NCBI GenBank assembly: GCA_963805625.1
Contig: CAWDVE010000021.1
Location: 1 to 64,000, forward strand
Reading direction: 5' to 3'
DNA from: an uncultured Candidatus Rokubacteria bacterium
GTDB taxonomy: Bacteria; Methylomirabilota; Methylomirabilia; Rokubacteriales; DASRDR01
Length of the DNA: 64,000 bases
Shown: piece by piece, positions 39,385 through 49,557 of the stretch
How the letters are laid out: each line of letters opens with the position of its first letter
Numbering within the stretch: the first letter of the stretch is position 1
Made by a program: the position numbers and the translations under genes
The notes under the pieces: generated by a model
The model's input: only the letters and a program-made list of their open reading frames with translations
Databases searched by the model: none
What the model was told of the DNA's origin: nothing

Positions 39385-39870
39385 ATGAGCTCACCGTCCC
39401 TCTCCGACCGGCTCGCGGCCACCGCGCCGCCCTGGGTCCACCTCCTGGTCGAAGCAGACGACGCGCCGGTGACGCTCCCGGCGCCACCTCCCGGCTTCGT
39501 GGTCCGGACGCTCGACGGCTGCCACTGCCGGACGAAACGCGCCCTGCTCGACGAGCTGGCTCGGGCCCTCGGGTTCCCGGCGCACTTCGGGCGAACGTGG
39601 GACGCGCTCGAGGACTGCCTCACGGATCTCGGCTGGCTCCCGGGTGCGGGGTACCGGCTCGTCGTCCTCGCCGCCGACCGCCTGCTCACCCGAGACCCGG
39701 CGGGCTACGCCACGTTCGTCGCGCTCCTCGAGGATGTCGGCCGCGCCTGGGCCACAGTCGCGACCGGCCACCCGGGTCGGGGCGCGACGCCCTTCCACAC
39801 GGTCCTGGTGGTCCCCGCACGTCGACTCGGTGCGCGGCCAAGCTGGGGGGTGCCGCGTCCGAGCGACTGA
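39385..39870 (+). CDS. Barstar-family RNase inhibitor
   Basis: LDG..LLDELARALGFPAHFGRTWDALEDCLTDL. Confidence 0.9.
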   Translation: MSSPSLSDRLAATAPPWVHLLVEADDAPVTLPAPPPGFVVRTLDGCHCRTKRALLDELARALGFPAHFGRTWDALEDCLTDLGWLPGAGYRLVVLAADRLLTRDPAGYATFVALLEDVGRAWATVATGHPGRGATPFHTVLVVPARRLGARPSWGVPRPSD

Positions 39871-39962
39871 CGCGACGGCCGCGCCGCCTCGGGGCACCGG
39901 CGCGTTCCTCCGCCACGAACGCTTGACAAGCGACGGTGGGACAACTCACGCTGGAAGTGTCA

Positions 39963-42530
39963 ATGCCGCCTCGCGCGCGTCAACCTGCCCGGGCCAAGTC
40001 GAGCGGGGCCCCGGGCCTCGTGACCCCGGAGCGTGCGCCGGCAGCGCCCGCATCGGGGCCAACCCCCGCTGACTTCGAGAAGCTCGGCGTTTTCTACCTC
40101 GGGCGCCCCTACGATCTCGCCGCCAAGAAACCCGGATCGGGCCTCCTGCTCTACGACTCGAAGGATCTCGTCACCCACGCGGTGTGCATCGGGATGACGG
40201 GGAGCGGCAAGACAGGCCTCTGCCTCGCGCTCATCGAGGAGGCCCTGCTCGACGGCATCCCCGTGCTCCTCATCGATCCGAAGGGCGACCTCCCGAACCT
40301 CTGCCTCACATTCCCGGAGCTCCGCCCGGAGGATTTCGCCCCGTGGGTCAACGAGGACGACGCGCGCCGGAAGGGGCTCGCGGTGGACGCGTATGCCGCG
40401 CAGCAAGCGGAGCTCTGGCGAACGGGGCTCGCGGCATGGGGCCAGGACGGCGCGCGAATCCGGCGGCTCCGCGACGCGGCCGACGTCGCGGTCTACACGC
40501 CCGGCAGCACCGCCGGGCTTCCGATCTCGATCGTCAAGTCGTTCGCGGCCCCCCCGGCCACCGTGCGCGACGACACCGAGCTGTTCCGCGACCGCATCGG
40601 GACCACCGCCACGAGCCTCCTCGGACTCCTCGGGGTCGAGGCGGACCCCCTCCGGAGCCGCGAGCACATCCTGCTCGCGAAGCTTTTCGAGACCGCGTGG
40701 CGAGAAGGCCGCGACCTCGATCTGCCCGGGCTCATCCAGCAGATCCAGAGCCCGCCGATCGCCAAGGTGGGCGCGCTGGACCTCGAGGCGTTCTTCCCGG
40801 GAAAGGACCGGTTCGAGCTGGCGACCCGGCTGAACAACCTCCTCGCCGCCCCGGGATTCGACGCCTGGCTCGAGGGCGAGCCGCTCGACATCGGCGCGCT
40901 CCTCCACACGCCCGAGGGTAAGCCCCGCGCCACGATCCTCTCGATCGCTCACCTGTCCGACGCCGAGCGCATGTTCTTCGTCTCGCTCCTGCTGAACGAG
41001 ATGCTCGGGTGGGTGCGGGCCCAGTCCGGGACGACCAGCCTCCGGGCGCTGCTCTACATGGACGAGGTCTTCGGCTACTTCCCGCCGGTCGCGAATCCGC
41101 CGTCGAAGCTCCCCCTCCTCACCCTCCTCAAGCAGGCGCGCGCGTTCGGGGTGGGCGTGGTGCTCGCCACCCAGAACCCGGTCGACCTCGACTACAAGGG
41201 CCTCGCCAACACGGGGACGTGGTTCATCGGGCGGCTCCAGACCGACCGGGACCGCGCCCGCGTGCTCGACGGTCTCGAAGGCGCGGCGGCCGGTGGCGAC
41301 AAGCGCTTCGACCGCGCTGCAATGGAGGAGATCCTGGGCGGTCTCGGGAGCCGGATCTTCCTCTTGAACAACGTGCACGAGGACGCGCCCGAGATCTTCG
41401 AGACTCGGTGGGCGATGTCCTACCTGCGCGGCCCGTTGACCCGCACTCAGATCAAGCAGCTCATGGCAGACCGGAAGCCGGTCCCAGGGCGTCCCGCCGG
41501 CACGCCGGCCAGCGGCGCAGCACCCGCCGCCAGCCGAGACCCGGCATCCGCCGCCAGCGCCGCGCCGGCGCTCAGCCGAGGCGGGGTGCGGCCGGTGCTC
41601 CCGCCCGGCGTTCCTCAGCATTTCGTGTCCGTGCGCGGAACCGCGCCCGCGGGCGCCGCGCTCGTCTACCAGCCCATGGTCCTGGGCGCGGCCACCGTGC
41701 GCTTCGCGGACGCGAAGGCGGGCGTCGACCAGAGCGAGGAGGTCGTCGTCGCGACTCCCGTCACGGAAGCAGCGGTCCCGGTGAGCTGGGATGGATCGGT
41801 CCCCATCGACGTCGCCGTGGCCGACCTCGAGGCAACGCCGGGCGCCGCCGGCGACTGGGCGCCGCTCCCCTCGGCCGCCGCCAAGCCCAAGAGCTACGAG
41901 GGCTGGAGCCGCGACCTGGCGGCGTGGCTCTACGGGCACCGGCGGCTCGAGCTCCTCCGCGACCCCGCCTCGGGTGCGCTCTCACGCCCAGGCGAGAGCG
42001 AGCGCGACTTCCGGGTCCGGGTCCGCGAGGCGTCCCGGGCCGAGCGCGACGAGCGCGTGGAGACCCTGCGCAAGAAGTACGCACCCAAGCGCGTAGCGCT
42101 CGAAGAGCGTCTCCGGCGGGCGCAGCAGTCGGAGGCTCGGGAGCGGGAGCAGGTGAGCCAGCAGGGCGTCCAGGCGGCGATCTCGATCGGCGCCACCATC
42201 CTCGGCGCCGTGCTCGGGCGGAAGACGGTGAGCGTCGGCAACATCGGACGCGCGACGACAGCCGCGCGGGGGGCCGGACGCGTCCTCAAGGAGCGCGAGG
42301 ACGTCGCGCGTGCCCAGGAAACGGTGGCGGCGGTCCAGCAGGCGCTGGCTGCCCTCGAAGCCGAGCTTCAGGACGAGCTGGCCGCCCTCGAGGTCCGGGG
42401 CGAGCCCGATCGCCTCGAGCCCGTGGCCGTGCGGCCGAAGAAGACCGATGTGCGGGTGCGGCTGTGCGCGCTCGTCTGGACGCCCTACTGGCGCGACCAC
42501 GCGGGCACGCTGACGCCCGCCTGGACATGA
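39963..42530 (+). CDS. HerA/FtsK-like ATPase (DUF87/DUF853-like)
   Basis: GMTGSGKT, IDPKGD, YMDEVFGYFPP, ARAFGVGVVLATQNP; C-terminal coiled coil. Confidence 0.85.
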   Translation: MPPRARQPARAKSSGAPGLVTPERAPAAPASGPTPADFEKLGVFYLGRPYDLAAKKPGSGLLLYDSKDLVTHAVCIGMTGSGKTGLCLALIEEALLDGIPVLLIDPKGDLPNLCLTFPELRPEDFAPWVNEDDARRKGLAVDAYAAQQAELWRTGLAAWGQDGARIRRLRDAADVAVYTPGSTAGLPISIVKSFAAPPATVRDDTELFRDRIGTTATSLLGLLGVEADPLRSREHILLAKLFETAWREGRDLDLPGLIQQIQSPPIAKVGALDLEAFFPGKDRFELATRLNNLLAAPGFDAWLEGEPLDIGALLHTPEGKPRATILSIAHLSDAERMFFVSLLLNEMLGWVRAQSGTTSLRALLYMDEVFGYFPPVANPPSKLPLLTLLKQARAFGVGVVLATQNPVDLDYKGLANTGTWFIGRLQTDRDRARVLDGLEGAAAGGDKRFDRAAMEEILGGLGSRIFLLNNVHEDAPEIFETRWAMSYLRGPLTRTQIKQLMADRKPVPGRPAGTPASGAAPAASRDPASAASAAPALSRGGVRPVLPPGVPQHFVSVRGTAPAGAALVYQPMVLGAATVRFADAKAGVDQSEEVVVATPVTEAAVPVSWDGSVPIDVAVADLEATPGAAGDWAPLPSAAAKPKSYEGWSRDLAAWLYGHRRLELLRDPASGALSRPGESERDFRVRVREASRAERDERVETLRKKYAPKRVALEERLRRAQQSEAREREQVSQQGVQAAISIGATILGAVLGRKTVSVGNIGRATTAARGAGRVLKEREDVARAQETVAAVQQALAALEAELQDELAALEVRGEPDRLEPVAVRPKKTDVRVRLCALVWTPYWRDHAGTLTPAWT

Positions 42531-42589
42531 GCCCGGGACCCGTCCCCGGAGAGGCGGCACCGACGCCGCCACGAAAGGAGCAGCATCAC

Positions 42590-42856
42590 ATGCGGAACCG
42601 CTTCACGATGGCCGTTCTCGCCGTCCTCGTCCTGGTGGGCCTCGTCGCGACGCTCTCGATGGCCGCCGGACCCAAGCAGTATCAATGGACCGGGACCGTG
42701 ACGGAGGTCGACGCGAAGACGAAGACCCTGATCGTCGACAAAGGTGGGGATGTGTGGGAGTTCTCCACCGAAGGTATGAAGGACGTAAAGGTCAAGAAGG
42801 GCGACAAGGTCACGGTCTACTACGTGGCGATCGCGAAGAAGATCGAGGCGAAGTAG
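42590..42856 (+). CDS. Small secreted OB-fold-like protein
   Basis: AAGGAG RBS; signal peptide; YQWTGTVTEVD..KVKKGDKVTVYY. Confidence 0.75.
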   Translation: MRNRFTMAVLAVLVLVGLVATLSMAAGPKQYQWTGTVTEVDAKTKTLIVDKGGDVWEFSTEGMKDVKVKKGDKVTVYYVAIAKKIEAK

Positions 42857-42994
42857 CCAGTCGGTAGGCGGGCGGCGGCCCCCCTACGCCTGACGCCCCT
42901 CGACGGCTCCGAGCGCCGCGAGTGGCTGGATCGCGCCCGCACGCCCCCTCGTTGAGGCCGACCGCGCGCGCCAGCGCCGCGGCGGTCCGTGGCG

Positions 42995-44386
42995 CTACCC
43001 GCTCGTCAGGAACGCGCACGCGACCGCTCCCTGGCGGGCGACATTGACGACGGGCTCCCGGCTCACGCGGCAGTGGAGCCCGAGGTCCCCGGGCGCGTAG
43101 AAGAGACCCAGCGAGAAGTAGCAGGGCCCGCCGTAGGCGCGCCCCGCGCGGAGGTAGCACATGGTCCGGCGCGTGCCGGGCCGGCGGGCCTGGACGACCC
43201 ATCGCCCCGGCTCCCGCAGGGCGCGGGCGATCCGAGCCTCCCATCGCACAGGGCCCCCTTCCCGGCCGAGTAGCACGCCCGCTCCGCTCGATCCGACGTT
43301 CGGCTTGATCAGCAGGCGCTCCCGCTCGCGGCGGGCGAACTCCGGCAGGTCGACTCGCCGCCCGGCGATGTCCTCCGTCAGCCTGGCCCCGAGCACGCGG
43401 GTCCACGGCACCGCCCGGCGCAGGAGCCGGCGCTCGGCGGGCGTGAAGAGGGGCGCCAACTCGGGCCGCCCCATGCACTCGAGGAGCCCCTTCTGGCTGA
43501 ACTCTCCCGCCACGCCCGGCAGGGCCGCGCCGGCGTCGAAGCAGTCGAGGAAGCCACCGAGCGCCCGCCCCGCCGGGGTCCCGATGTCCTCGAGGCCGAG
43601 ATCGCGGTAGACAACATCGACGGCCACGTCGCGGAGGCGCACGCCGGCCCGGGCCCGGCGGAGCTCCGCCGCCGTACCCTGCTCGGCAGGGATGCCGGCC
43701 GCGCGGAACGCCGCGACGAGGCGCGGGACCTCGCTGTAGCCGTCGATGGGCAGGGCGTCCTCCACGAACGCGACCCCGCGCAGGCGCCGCCGGCCGAGGC
43801 TCCGCGCGGCCGCCTGTACCCAGCGCACCACGAGGGCCAGGAGATCAGGAGGATCGGCGAGGGCGCGCGCCTCCCGGGCGGTGTACACGCGGGAAAAGAC
43901 CTCGGCCCGCAGGATCCGGACGCCCGCCGCGTGATTGTAGAGCCCCGCGAGCCCCGTGGCGTTGGTTTCGAAGAGAACCGGCTCGAGCGCTCCATGCGGT
44001 CCCACCTCGAGGCCCACGTCGGGGCGGATCATGAGCTGCCAGGGCGCGAGAGCCCGCGCAGAGTCACGCGCCACCCAGGCCGCGGTCGCCTCGCTGACGG
44101 GGCATAACCCGCGGAAGCCGCCGACGTCGGCCCGCCAGAGGGCTGGCGCGTGGACCTGGACCCGGTGGACGAGGTCGGCGAGCCGCGCGAGCCCGGGCAA
44201 TGCCCGGCGGCGCACGAGGAACGGCGTGAGGGCGATCGGGTGCGGCACGGCCGGCGAGCCGGCGCGGTGGCGGTGGAAGAGCGCGGCCGTGGCCTCGGCC
44301 GCCTCCACCGCGCGGAACAGCTCGTGCCGCCGCCCAGGGGCGAGCCGCGTGATCCGCGTCGTGGCGAGCTGGTCGAGCGCCCTCAC
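42995..44386 (-). CDS. Glutathionylspermidine synthase-like / circularly permuted ATP-grasp protein
   Basis: RPD, FETNA, VVYRD, VPWTR, LIKPN..GAGVLLG, WVVQ. Confidence 0.7.
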   Translation of the reverse strand: MRALDQLATTRITRLAPGRRHELFRAVEAAEATAALFHRHRAGSPAVPHPIALTPFLVRRRALPGLARLADLVHRVQVHAPALWRADVGGFRGLCPVSEATAAWVARDSARALAPWQLMIRPDVGLEVGPHGALEPVLFETNATGLAGLYNHAAGVRILRAEVFSRVYTAREARALADPPDLLALVVRWVQAAARSLGRRRLRGVAFVEDALPIDGYSEVPRLVAAFRAAGIPAEQGTAAELRRARAGVRLRDVAVDVVYRDLGLEDIGTPAGRALGGFLDCFDAGAALPGVAGEFSQKGLLECMGRPELAPLFTPAERRLLRRAVPWTRVLGARLTEDIAGRRVDLPEFARRERERLLIKPNVGSSGAGVLLGREGGPVRWEARIARALREPGRWVVQARRPGTRRTMCYLRAGRAYGGPCYFSLGLFYAPGDLGLHCRVSREPVVNVARQGAVACAFLTSG

Positions 44387-44406
44387 GGCTCGCGTATTAT
44401 AGACTC

Positions 44407-45645
44407 GTGCCCAAGCAGGGAGCCCTGACGTCAGTGGGACACGAGCAGGCCCTGGCCGACGCCCTCGCGCGATTGCACGCCGAGGGACGCTATCGCGTCT
44501 TCGCCGACCTCGAGCGCCACTGCGGGCGCTTCCCCTGCGCCACCTGGCACGGTCCCGAGGGCCCGGTCGAGGTCACGGTGTGGTGCTCGAACGACTACCT
44601 CGGCATGGGCCAGCACCCCCTTGTGCTGAAGGCCATGGCCGAGGCGCTCGAGCGCGTCGGCGCCGGGGCCGGCGGAACCCGGAACATCGCCGGGACCTCG
44701 CACGCCCACGTCCTCCTCGAGCAGGAGCTGGCCGACCTTCACCACAAGCCGGCGGCGCTGCTCTTCACGTCGGGCTATGCCGCGAATGAGGCCGCGATCA
44801 GCACGCTGGCCCAGCTCCTCCCCGGCTGCGTGATCTTGTCCGACGAGAAGAACCACGCGTCGATGATCGAGGGCATCCGCCGGAGCGGCGCCGAGAAGCG
44901 GATCTTCCGCCACAACGACCCGGCCGACCTCGAGCGGCATCTCGGCGCGGTCGAGGCTGGCCGGCCGGCGCTCGTCTGCTTCGAGTCGGTCTACTCGATG
45001 GACGGGGACATCGCACCGATCCGGGAGCTCTGCGACGTCGCGGCGCGCCACGGCGCCCTCACCTATCTCGACGAGGTCCACGCGGTGGGACTCTACGGCG
45101 CCCGGGGTGCCGGCGTCGCCGAGCGGGACGGTGTGCTCGACCGGCTCACCGTGATCCAGGGGACGCTGGCCAAGGCCTTCGGCGTGGTCGGCGGGTACAT
45201 CGCCGGCTCGGCCGTCGTCGTGGACGCCGTCCGGAGCTACGCGCCGGGCTTCATCTTCACCACCGCGATGCCGCCCGTCGTGGCGGCCGGCGCTCTGGCG
45301 AGCGTACGGCACCTCAAGACGAGCCGGGCCGAGCGCGAGCGGCACCAGGAGCGGACCGCGCGGCTCAAGCACCTCCTCGGAGTCGCCGGACTGCCGGTCA
45401 TGCCGACGTCGAGCCACATCGTGCCAGTGTTCATCGGGGACGCGGCCCTGTGCAAGCAGGCGTCCGACGACCTCCTCAGCCGCCACCGGATCTACGTCCA
45501 GCCGATCAACTATCCGACCGTGCCCCGCGGCACCGAGCGGCTCCGGCTCACCCCGAGCCCGCTCCACGACGACGCCACGATGGACCGCCTCGTCGCCGCC
45601 TTCGGGGAAGTCTGGGAGCGCCTACGGCTTCCGCGCGCGGTCTGA
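44407..45645 (+). CDS. hemA: 5-aminolevulinate synthase (C4/Shemin pathway)
   Basis: [62 protein letters not shown]. Confidence 0.93.
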   Translation: MPKQGALTSVGHEQALADALARLHAEGRYRVFADLERHCGRFPCATWHGPEGPVEVTVWCSNDYLGMGQHPLVLKAMAEALERVGAGAGGTRNIAGTSHAHVLLEQELADLHHKPAALLFTSGYAANEAAISTLAQLLPGCVILSDEKNHASMIEGIRRSGAEKRIFRHNDPADLERHLGAVEAGRPALVCFESVYSMDGDIAPIRELCDVAARHGALTYLDEVHAVGLYGARGAGVAERDGVLDRLTVIQGTLAKAFGVVGGYIAGSAVVVDAVRSYAPGFIFTTAMPPVVAAGALASVRHLKTSRAERERHQERTARLKHLLGVAGLPVMPTSSHIVPVFIGDAALCKQASDDLLSRHRIYVQPINYPTVPRGTERLRLTPSPLHDDATMDRLVAAFGEVWERLRLPRAV

Positions 45646-45774
45646 CAGCCGCGCCGCTTCGAGGTCCGAAGGCCCCGACGGGCTCAGGCGTTTCCGAGGA
45701 GCGCGCGGAGCCGAGCGTATTGCGCCGCGGGTTGCTCCCCGGACCCCGCGCGGCGTACGATCGCGCTGAGTGAG

Positions 45775-46503
45775 ATGGCCGTCGACCCGTTCTTCAACGA
45801 CCGCGCGACCATCGGGGTCTTCGAGCGCGCCTTCTACGCGGGGCGCGAGGCCGCCGAGGAGGTCGAGGCGATCCTCGAGTGGGCGCCCCGCCCGCACCGC
45901 GTCCTCGACGTCGGGTGCAATGCCGGCCTCCACGCGCTCGAGTGGGCCCGGCGCGGCGTCCAGGTCGTCGGGATCGATTCGGCGCCGGTCGCCATCGCGC
46001 TCGCGCGCCAGCGGGCAGCCGGGAATCCCCGTCTCCGCTTCGAGATCGCCGATCTCGCCGACCCGGACCTCGGGCGACTGGGCACGTTCGACCTCGTGAC
46101 CGTCCTGGGCGGCGTCTTCAACTGCGTCCCGCGGTCCGTGCTCGTGCCCGCCTTCCGCGCGATCCGATCGGTGCTCGAGCCGGGTGGGGATCTCGTCTTC
46201 GACGTCCTGCGCTGGCGAGACACACCGCGAACGGTCTTCCTCCGCCGGGACGGACAGGGCGCGCTGCGGATCGTGTGGGAGTTCTCCCTGGACCCGGTCG
46301 AGGGGCGCGGGCACGTCGTGGGCCAGTTCCTCGAGACCGGTGCGATCCAGGACTCGGAGCGCAACTTCTACACCGCACCCGAGGTCACGACCCTCCTGGA
46401 GCTCGCCGGGCTCGAGCGCCGGGCCGTGGCGGGGGACCTCGCCCTCGCCGTCCCCGCCGAGGAGGCGGAGCCGAGCTTCTTCTTCCGCGCCCGACCCCGC
46501 TAG
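45775..46503 (+). CDS. Class I SAM-dependent methyltransferase
   Basis: VLDVGCNAG, GIDS, FDLV, LEPGG. Confidence 0.88.
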   Translation: MAVDPFFNDRATIGVFERAFYAGREAAEEVEAILEWAPRPHRVLDVGCNAGLHALEWARRGVQVVGIDSAPVAIALARQRAAGNPRLRFEIADLADPDLGRLGTFDLVTVLGGVFNCVPRSVLVPAFRAIRSVLEPGGDLVFDVLRWRDTPRTVFLRRDGQGALRIVWEFSLDPVEGRGHVVGQFLETGAIQDSERNFYTAPEVTTLLELAGLERRAVAGDLALAVPAEEAEPSFFFRARPR

Positions 46504-46729
46504 ACCCCGGCATCGGCGAGAATGGTACACTCATCGCCGAGGCGATCGATCCCGTCGGGATGCCGCCGCTCGTGACTTCGAAAGTCTTCGCCGAGCGGGT
46601 GTTCGCGGCCGACAAGGTGGTATCCCGCCAGGCACGCTCCGGGGAGGCACGACGCGGCATGGCCAGCGAGCCGTTCGCTCCGAAAGACTTCCGGGGGTTC
46701 GGCGCGCTGCGGGACTGCTTCCGCCTCCC

Positions 46730-47338
46730 GTGACCCCCGAGGAGGCGTGGCAGCGGCTCGGAAACGGCACTCCCGCTGAGCGGCGGGCGACCCTCCTCGC
46801 CCTCGCCCAGGAGGCCGACGCGCGCGTCACGCCGGCCGTCGCCGCATTGCTCCACGCCGACGATCCGGAGCTCGTCGCGCTGGCCGAAGCCACGCTCTGG
46901 CAGATCTGGAGCCGATCCGGCAGCCCGGCGGTCGACGCGCTCCTCGCCGAGGGACTCAACGCTATGGAGAGGCAGGACTGGCTCGGCGCGGTCGCGGCGT
47001 TCAGCCGCGTCGTCGAAGCGGCCCCAGCCTTCGCGGAAGGCTGGAACAAGCGCGCCACCGCGCGCTTCCTGGCGACGCACTACGCGACGTCCATCGCCGA
47101 CTGCGAAGAGGTCGTGCGGCTGAACCCGCACCACTTCGGCGCCCTCTCGGGTCAGGGCCTCTGCCACGCGGCGCTGGGACAGCTCCGCAAGGCGGCCCGA
47201 TGCTTCCGACGCGCGCTCGAGGTGCATCCCCGTCTCGAGGCGGTCCGGCAGCACCTCGCTCGGACGGAAACCACGCTGGCGCGTGCCAACGGGCACGCGC
47301 TCGGTGCCGCGCCGGCCGATGCGCGAGGCACAGGGTGA
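46730..47338 (+). CDS. HEAT/TPR repeat protein
   Basis: PAFAEGWNKRA, LNPHHFGALSGQG. Confidence 0.8.
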   Translation: MTPEEAWQRLGNGTPAERRATLLALAQEADARVTPAVAALLHADDPELVALAEATLWQIWSRSGSPAVDALLAEGLNAMERQDWLGAVAAFSRVVEAAPAFAEGWNKRATARFLATHYATSIADCEEVVRLNPHHFGALSGQGLCHAALGQLRKAARCFRRALEVHPRLEAVRQHLARTETTLARANGHALGAAPADARGTG

Positions 47339-47418
47339 CGGGGCCCGGGCGCCGGGCCGCCGTGTTCGACATGGACGGGGTCCTCGTCAACAACTCGCGG
47401 TTCCACGCTTCCCCCTGA
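47335..47418 (+). pseudogene. HAD phosphatase N-terminal remnant
   Basis: AAVFDMDGVLVNN motif I followed by a stop. Confidence 0.6.
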
Positions 47419-47433
47419 ATCGAGGAGGCACCC

Positions 47434-48342
47434 GTGGCGACGAACTGGACGGTCTCTCCTGAAGGCATCGAGCCGCCGAAGTCCGTGGCGGCGCTCGCGG
47501 AGCAGGTCGGACGGGACGGGGGCCGCGTCCTGGCGGTCTACCAGGAGCCGCTCAAGGACGCCTGGCAGCTCTTCGTGACTCTGCCGCTCGCACGGGTCGA
47601 GCCCACACCCTACCAGCGCGACCTCTCGAAGCCCCACGTCAAACGACTCCAGGAGGTCATCAAGAAGCTCGGCCGGTTCGTCGACCCCATCGTCGTGGTG
47701 TCCCCCGGCCCCGGGAAGTACTGGACGCCGAACGGCAACCACCGGCGCGAGGCGCTCACGAAGCTCAAGGCCGAGTGGATACCCGCCATCCTCATCCCCG
47801 AGCCCGAGGTCGCCTATCAAATCCTCGCTCTCAACACCGAGAAGGCGCACAACGTCAAAGAGAAGTCGCTGGAGGTCATCCGCATGTACCGCGGGCTCGT
47901 CGAGGAGGGCTCGAAAGCGACCGAGGAGGACTTCGCCTTCCAGTTCGAGGCCCCGCACTTCATCACGCTCGGGCTCCTCTACGACGCGCGACCCCGCTTC
48001 GCCGGCGGCGCCTTCGCGCCGCTCCTCCGCCGCGTCGACAAGTTCCTGAAGGCGCCGCTGCCGAAGGCCTACACCGAGCGGGAGCGGCGCGCCGAGCTCG
48101 TCCGAGCCGCGGACGACGTGCTGGCGGACGTGGTCGCCAAGGTCAAGAAGCGCGGGTTGAATCACCCGTATGTGAAGAACTACGTCCTGGCCCGCACGAC
48201 CCCGCTCAGTCGGGCCCGGAAGACGCTCCCCTCGTTCGAGCAGACCTTCGAGCGCCTCCGGGAGAACCTCGAAGCCTTCGACCCGGCGAAGGTCCGCCTC
48301 GACGAGATTGCCCGCGCCGCCGTCTTCGCGGCACCGGCCTAG
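47434..48342 (+). CDS. ParB N-terminal (ParB/Srx) domain protein
   Basis: GAGGAGG RBS; PTPYQRD, FVDPIVV, TPNGNHRREA, LALNTEK. Confidence 0.8.
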   Translation: MATNWTVSPEGIEPPKSVAALAEQVGRDGGRVLAVYQEPLKDAWQLFVTLPLARVEPTPYQRDLSKPHVKRLQEVIKKLGRFVDPIVVVSPGPGKYWTPNGNHRREALTKLKAEWIPAILIPEPEVAYQILALNTEKAHNVKEKSLEVIRMYRGLVEEGSKATEEDFAFQFEAPHFITLGLLYDARPRFAGGAFAPLLRRVDKFLKAPLPKAYTERERRAELVRAADDVLADVVAKVKKRGLNHPYVKNYVLARTTPLSRARKTLPSFEQTFERLRENLEAFDPAKVRLDEIARAAVFAAPA

Positions 48343-48391
48343 AGGGGCACTGGCGCGCGCTAGGCTCACCGGCCGTCTGCCAGCGCTGAGG

Positions 48392-49378
48392 CTATCCCCC
48401 GAGCGTGGGCGTTTCCGCGGGGCTGGCGGCGGACACGTCCACACGGTTAGGCGACCCGTCGGCCAGAAGCTCGGGACGGCAGACCGCCTTGAAGTTGCAC
48501 CACCGGCAGAGCCGGAGATCCTCGGTCCGCTCGAAGTCCTCGAGTGCCGCCACGTTCGCATCCGCGTCGCGCAGCCAGGCCTTCATGCCCCGGATCGAGA
48601 GACGCAAGCGCTCGCGAATCTCGTCGAGCCGCGCCACGTCCCACGGATGCACGGTGATCTCACCCGCGCGAAGGTTCACCTCGAGGAGATCCACGCGCTC
48701 CGGCGACACGTCCAGGATGTCCCGGGCATACAGCGCGTAGCCGCCGAGCTGGACCGCCGTCTCGTTAGGATTGGGGCTCCCGGTCTTCCAGTCGACCAGC
48801 GCCAGCCGGTCCTCCCGCGTCCAGTACCCGAAGTCGGGTGCCGCGTAGATGGGCGTGCCCTCGAACTCGAAGGCACGAATGTCCTCGATCAGGATCCAGC
48901 GCTCCCGCGGCGTGTCTCGGATGTCGGCGAGGAGCGGCAGCCGGTAGAAGTTACGGAGACACCGGCAGACGTGGTCACGGAGGACCTGCCAGACCTGGTC
49001 CTTCACCTCGACACCGTACTCGTGCTCGTAGAGGGCGACGGCCTCCTTCGGCCGCTCCCGATATCCCCCACGGTGGGAGAACCGCCACTCCTCGCGCATG
49101 CGTCGCACCGTGTCCTCGACCAGGCGCCCCTCGGACAGCTCCTCGCCCGCATGGAGCGCCCGGAGCACGAGCTCCACCGCCGAGTGGACCGTGCGCCCCG
49201 CCCAGCCCTGCCGGCCGGTCAGCTGCTTCAGAACGTAGAGGCGCCGGACGTCCGGCGGAGCGCTGCTCTCCCAGCCGCCCCAGGCGCCGTAGTAGTGGTA
49301 GTAGTAGCGGCGACGGCAGTCCTCGAACATCCCCGCGCGGGAACGCGACCAGGAGAAGAGGTTGGCGAGATCCGCCAT
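48392..49378 (-). CDS. PD-(D/E)XK nuclease family protein
   Basis: SWSR..CRRRYY, GRTVH, PD, LVDWKTG, QLGGY, CRWCNFKAVC. Confidence 0.85.
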   Translation of the reverse strand: MADLANLFSWSRSRAGMFEDCRRRYYYHYYGAWGGWESSAPPDVRRLYVLKQLTGRQGWAGRTVHSAVELVLRALHAGEELSEGRLVEDTVRRMREEWRFSHRGGYRERPKEAVALYEHEYGVEVKDQVWQVLRDHVCRCLRNFYRLPLLADIRDTPRERWILIEDIRAFEFEGTPIYAAPDFGYWTREDRLALVDWKTGSPNPNETAVQLGGYALYARDILDVSPERVDLLEVNLRAGEITVHPWDVARLDEIRERLRLSIRGMKAWLRDADANVAALEDFERTEDLRLCRWCNFKAVCRPELLADGSPNRVDVSAASPAETPTLGG

Positions 49379-49557
49379 CGCCCAGAGCATAGCACCGGGC
49401 CACCCGGCTTGACCGGTCCGGGACCTTCTGGTACCAAGGCAGACGCCGGACCGTCCGGTGCCACGCCTCACGCGCGATCCCCGATCGAGGAGGCTCCGTG
49501 GAGACCCGCCAGGAACCCGCGGGACCGGCGTCTCGCGCGGCTCGGACCTGAGCCGCC

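Noticed and set aside
46520-46730. Possible DsrE-like gene remnant
   Set aside because: Similarity too short and weak to support.
47434-49378. ParB-like protein plus nuclease as a defence pair
   Set aside because: Convergent orientation, host-like composition and core-gene context give no sign of coupling.
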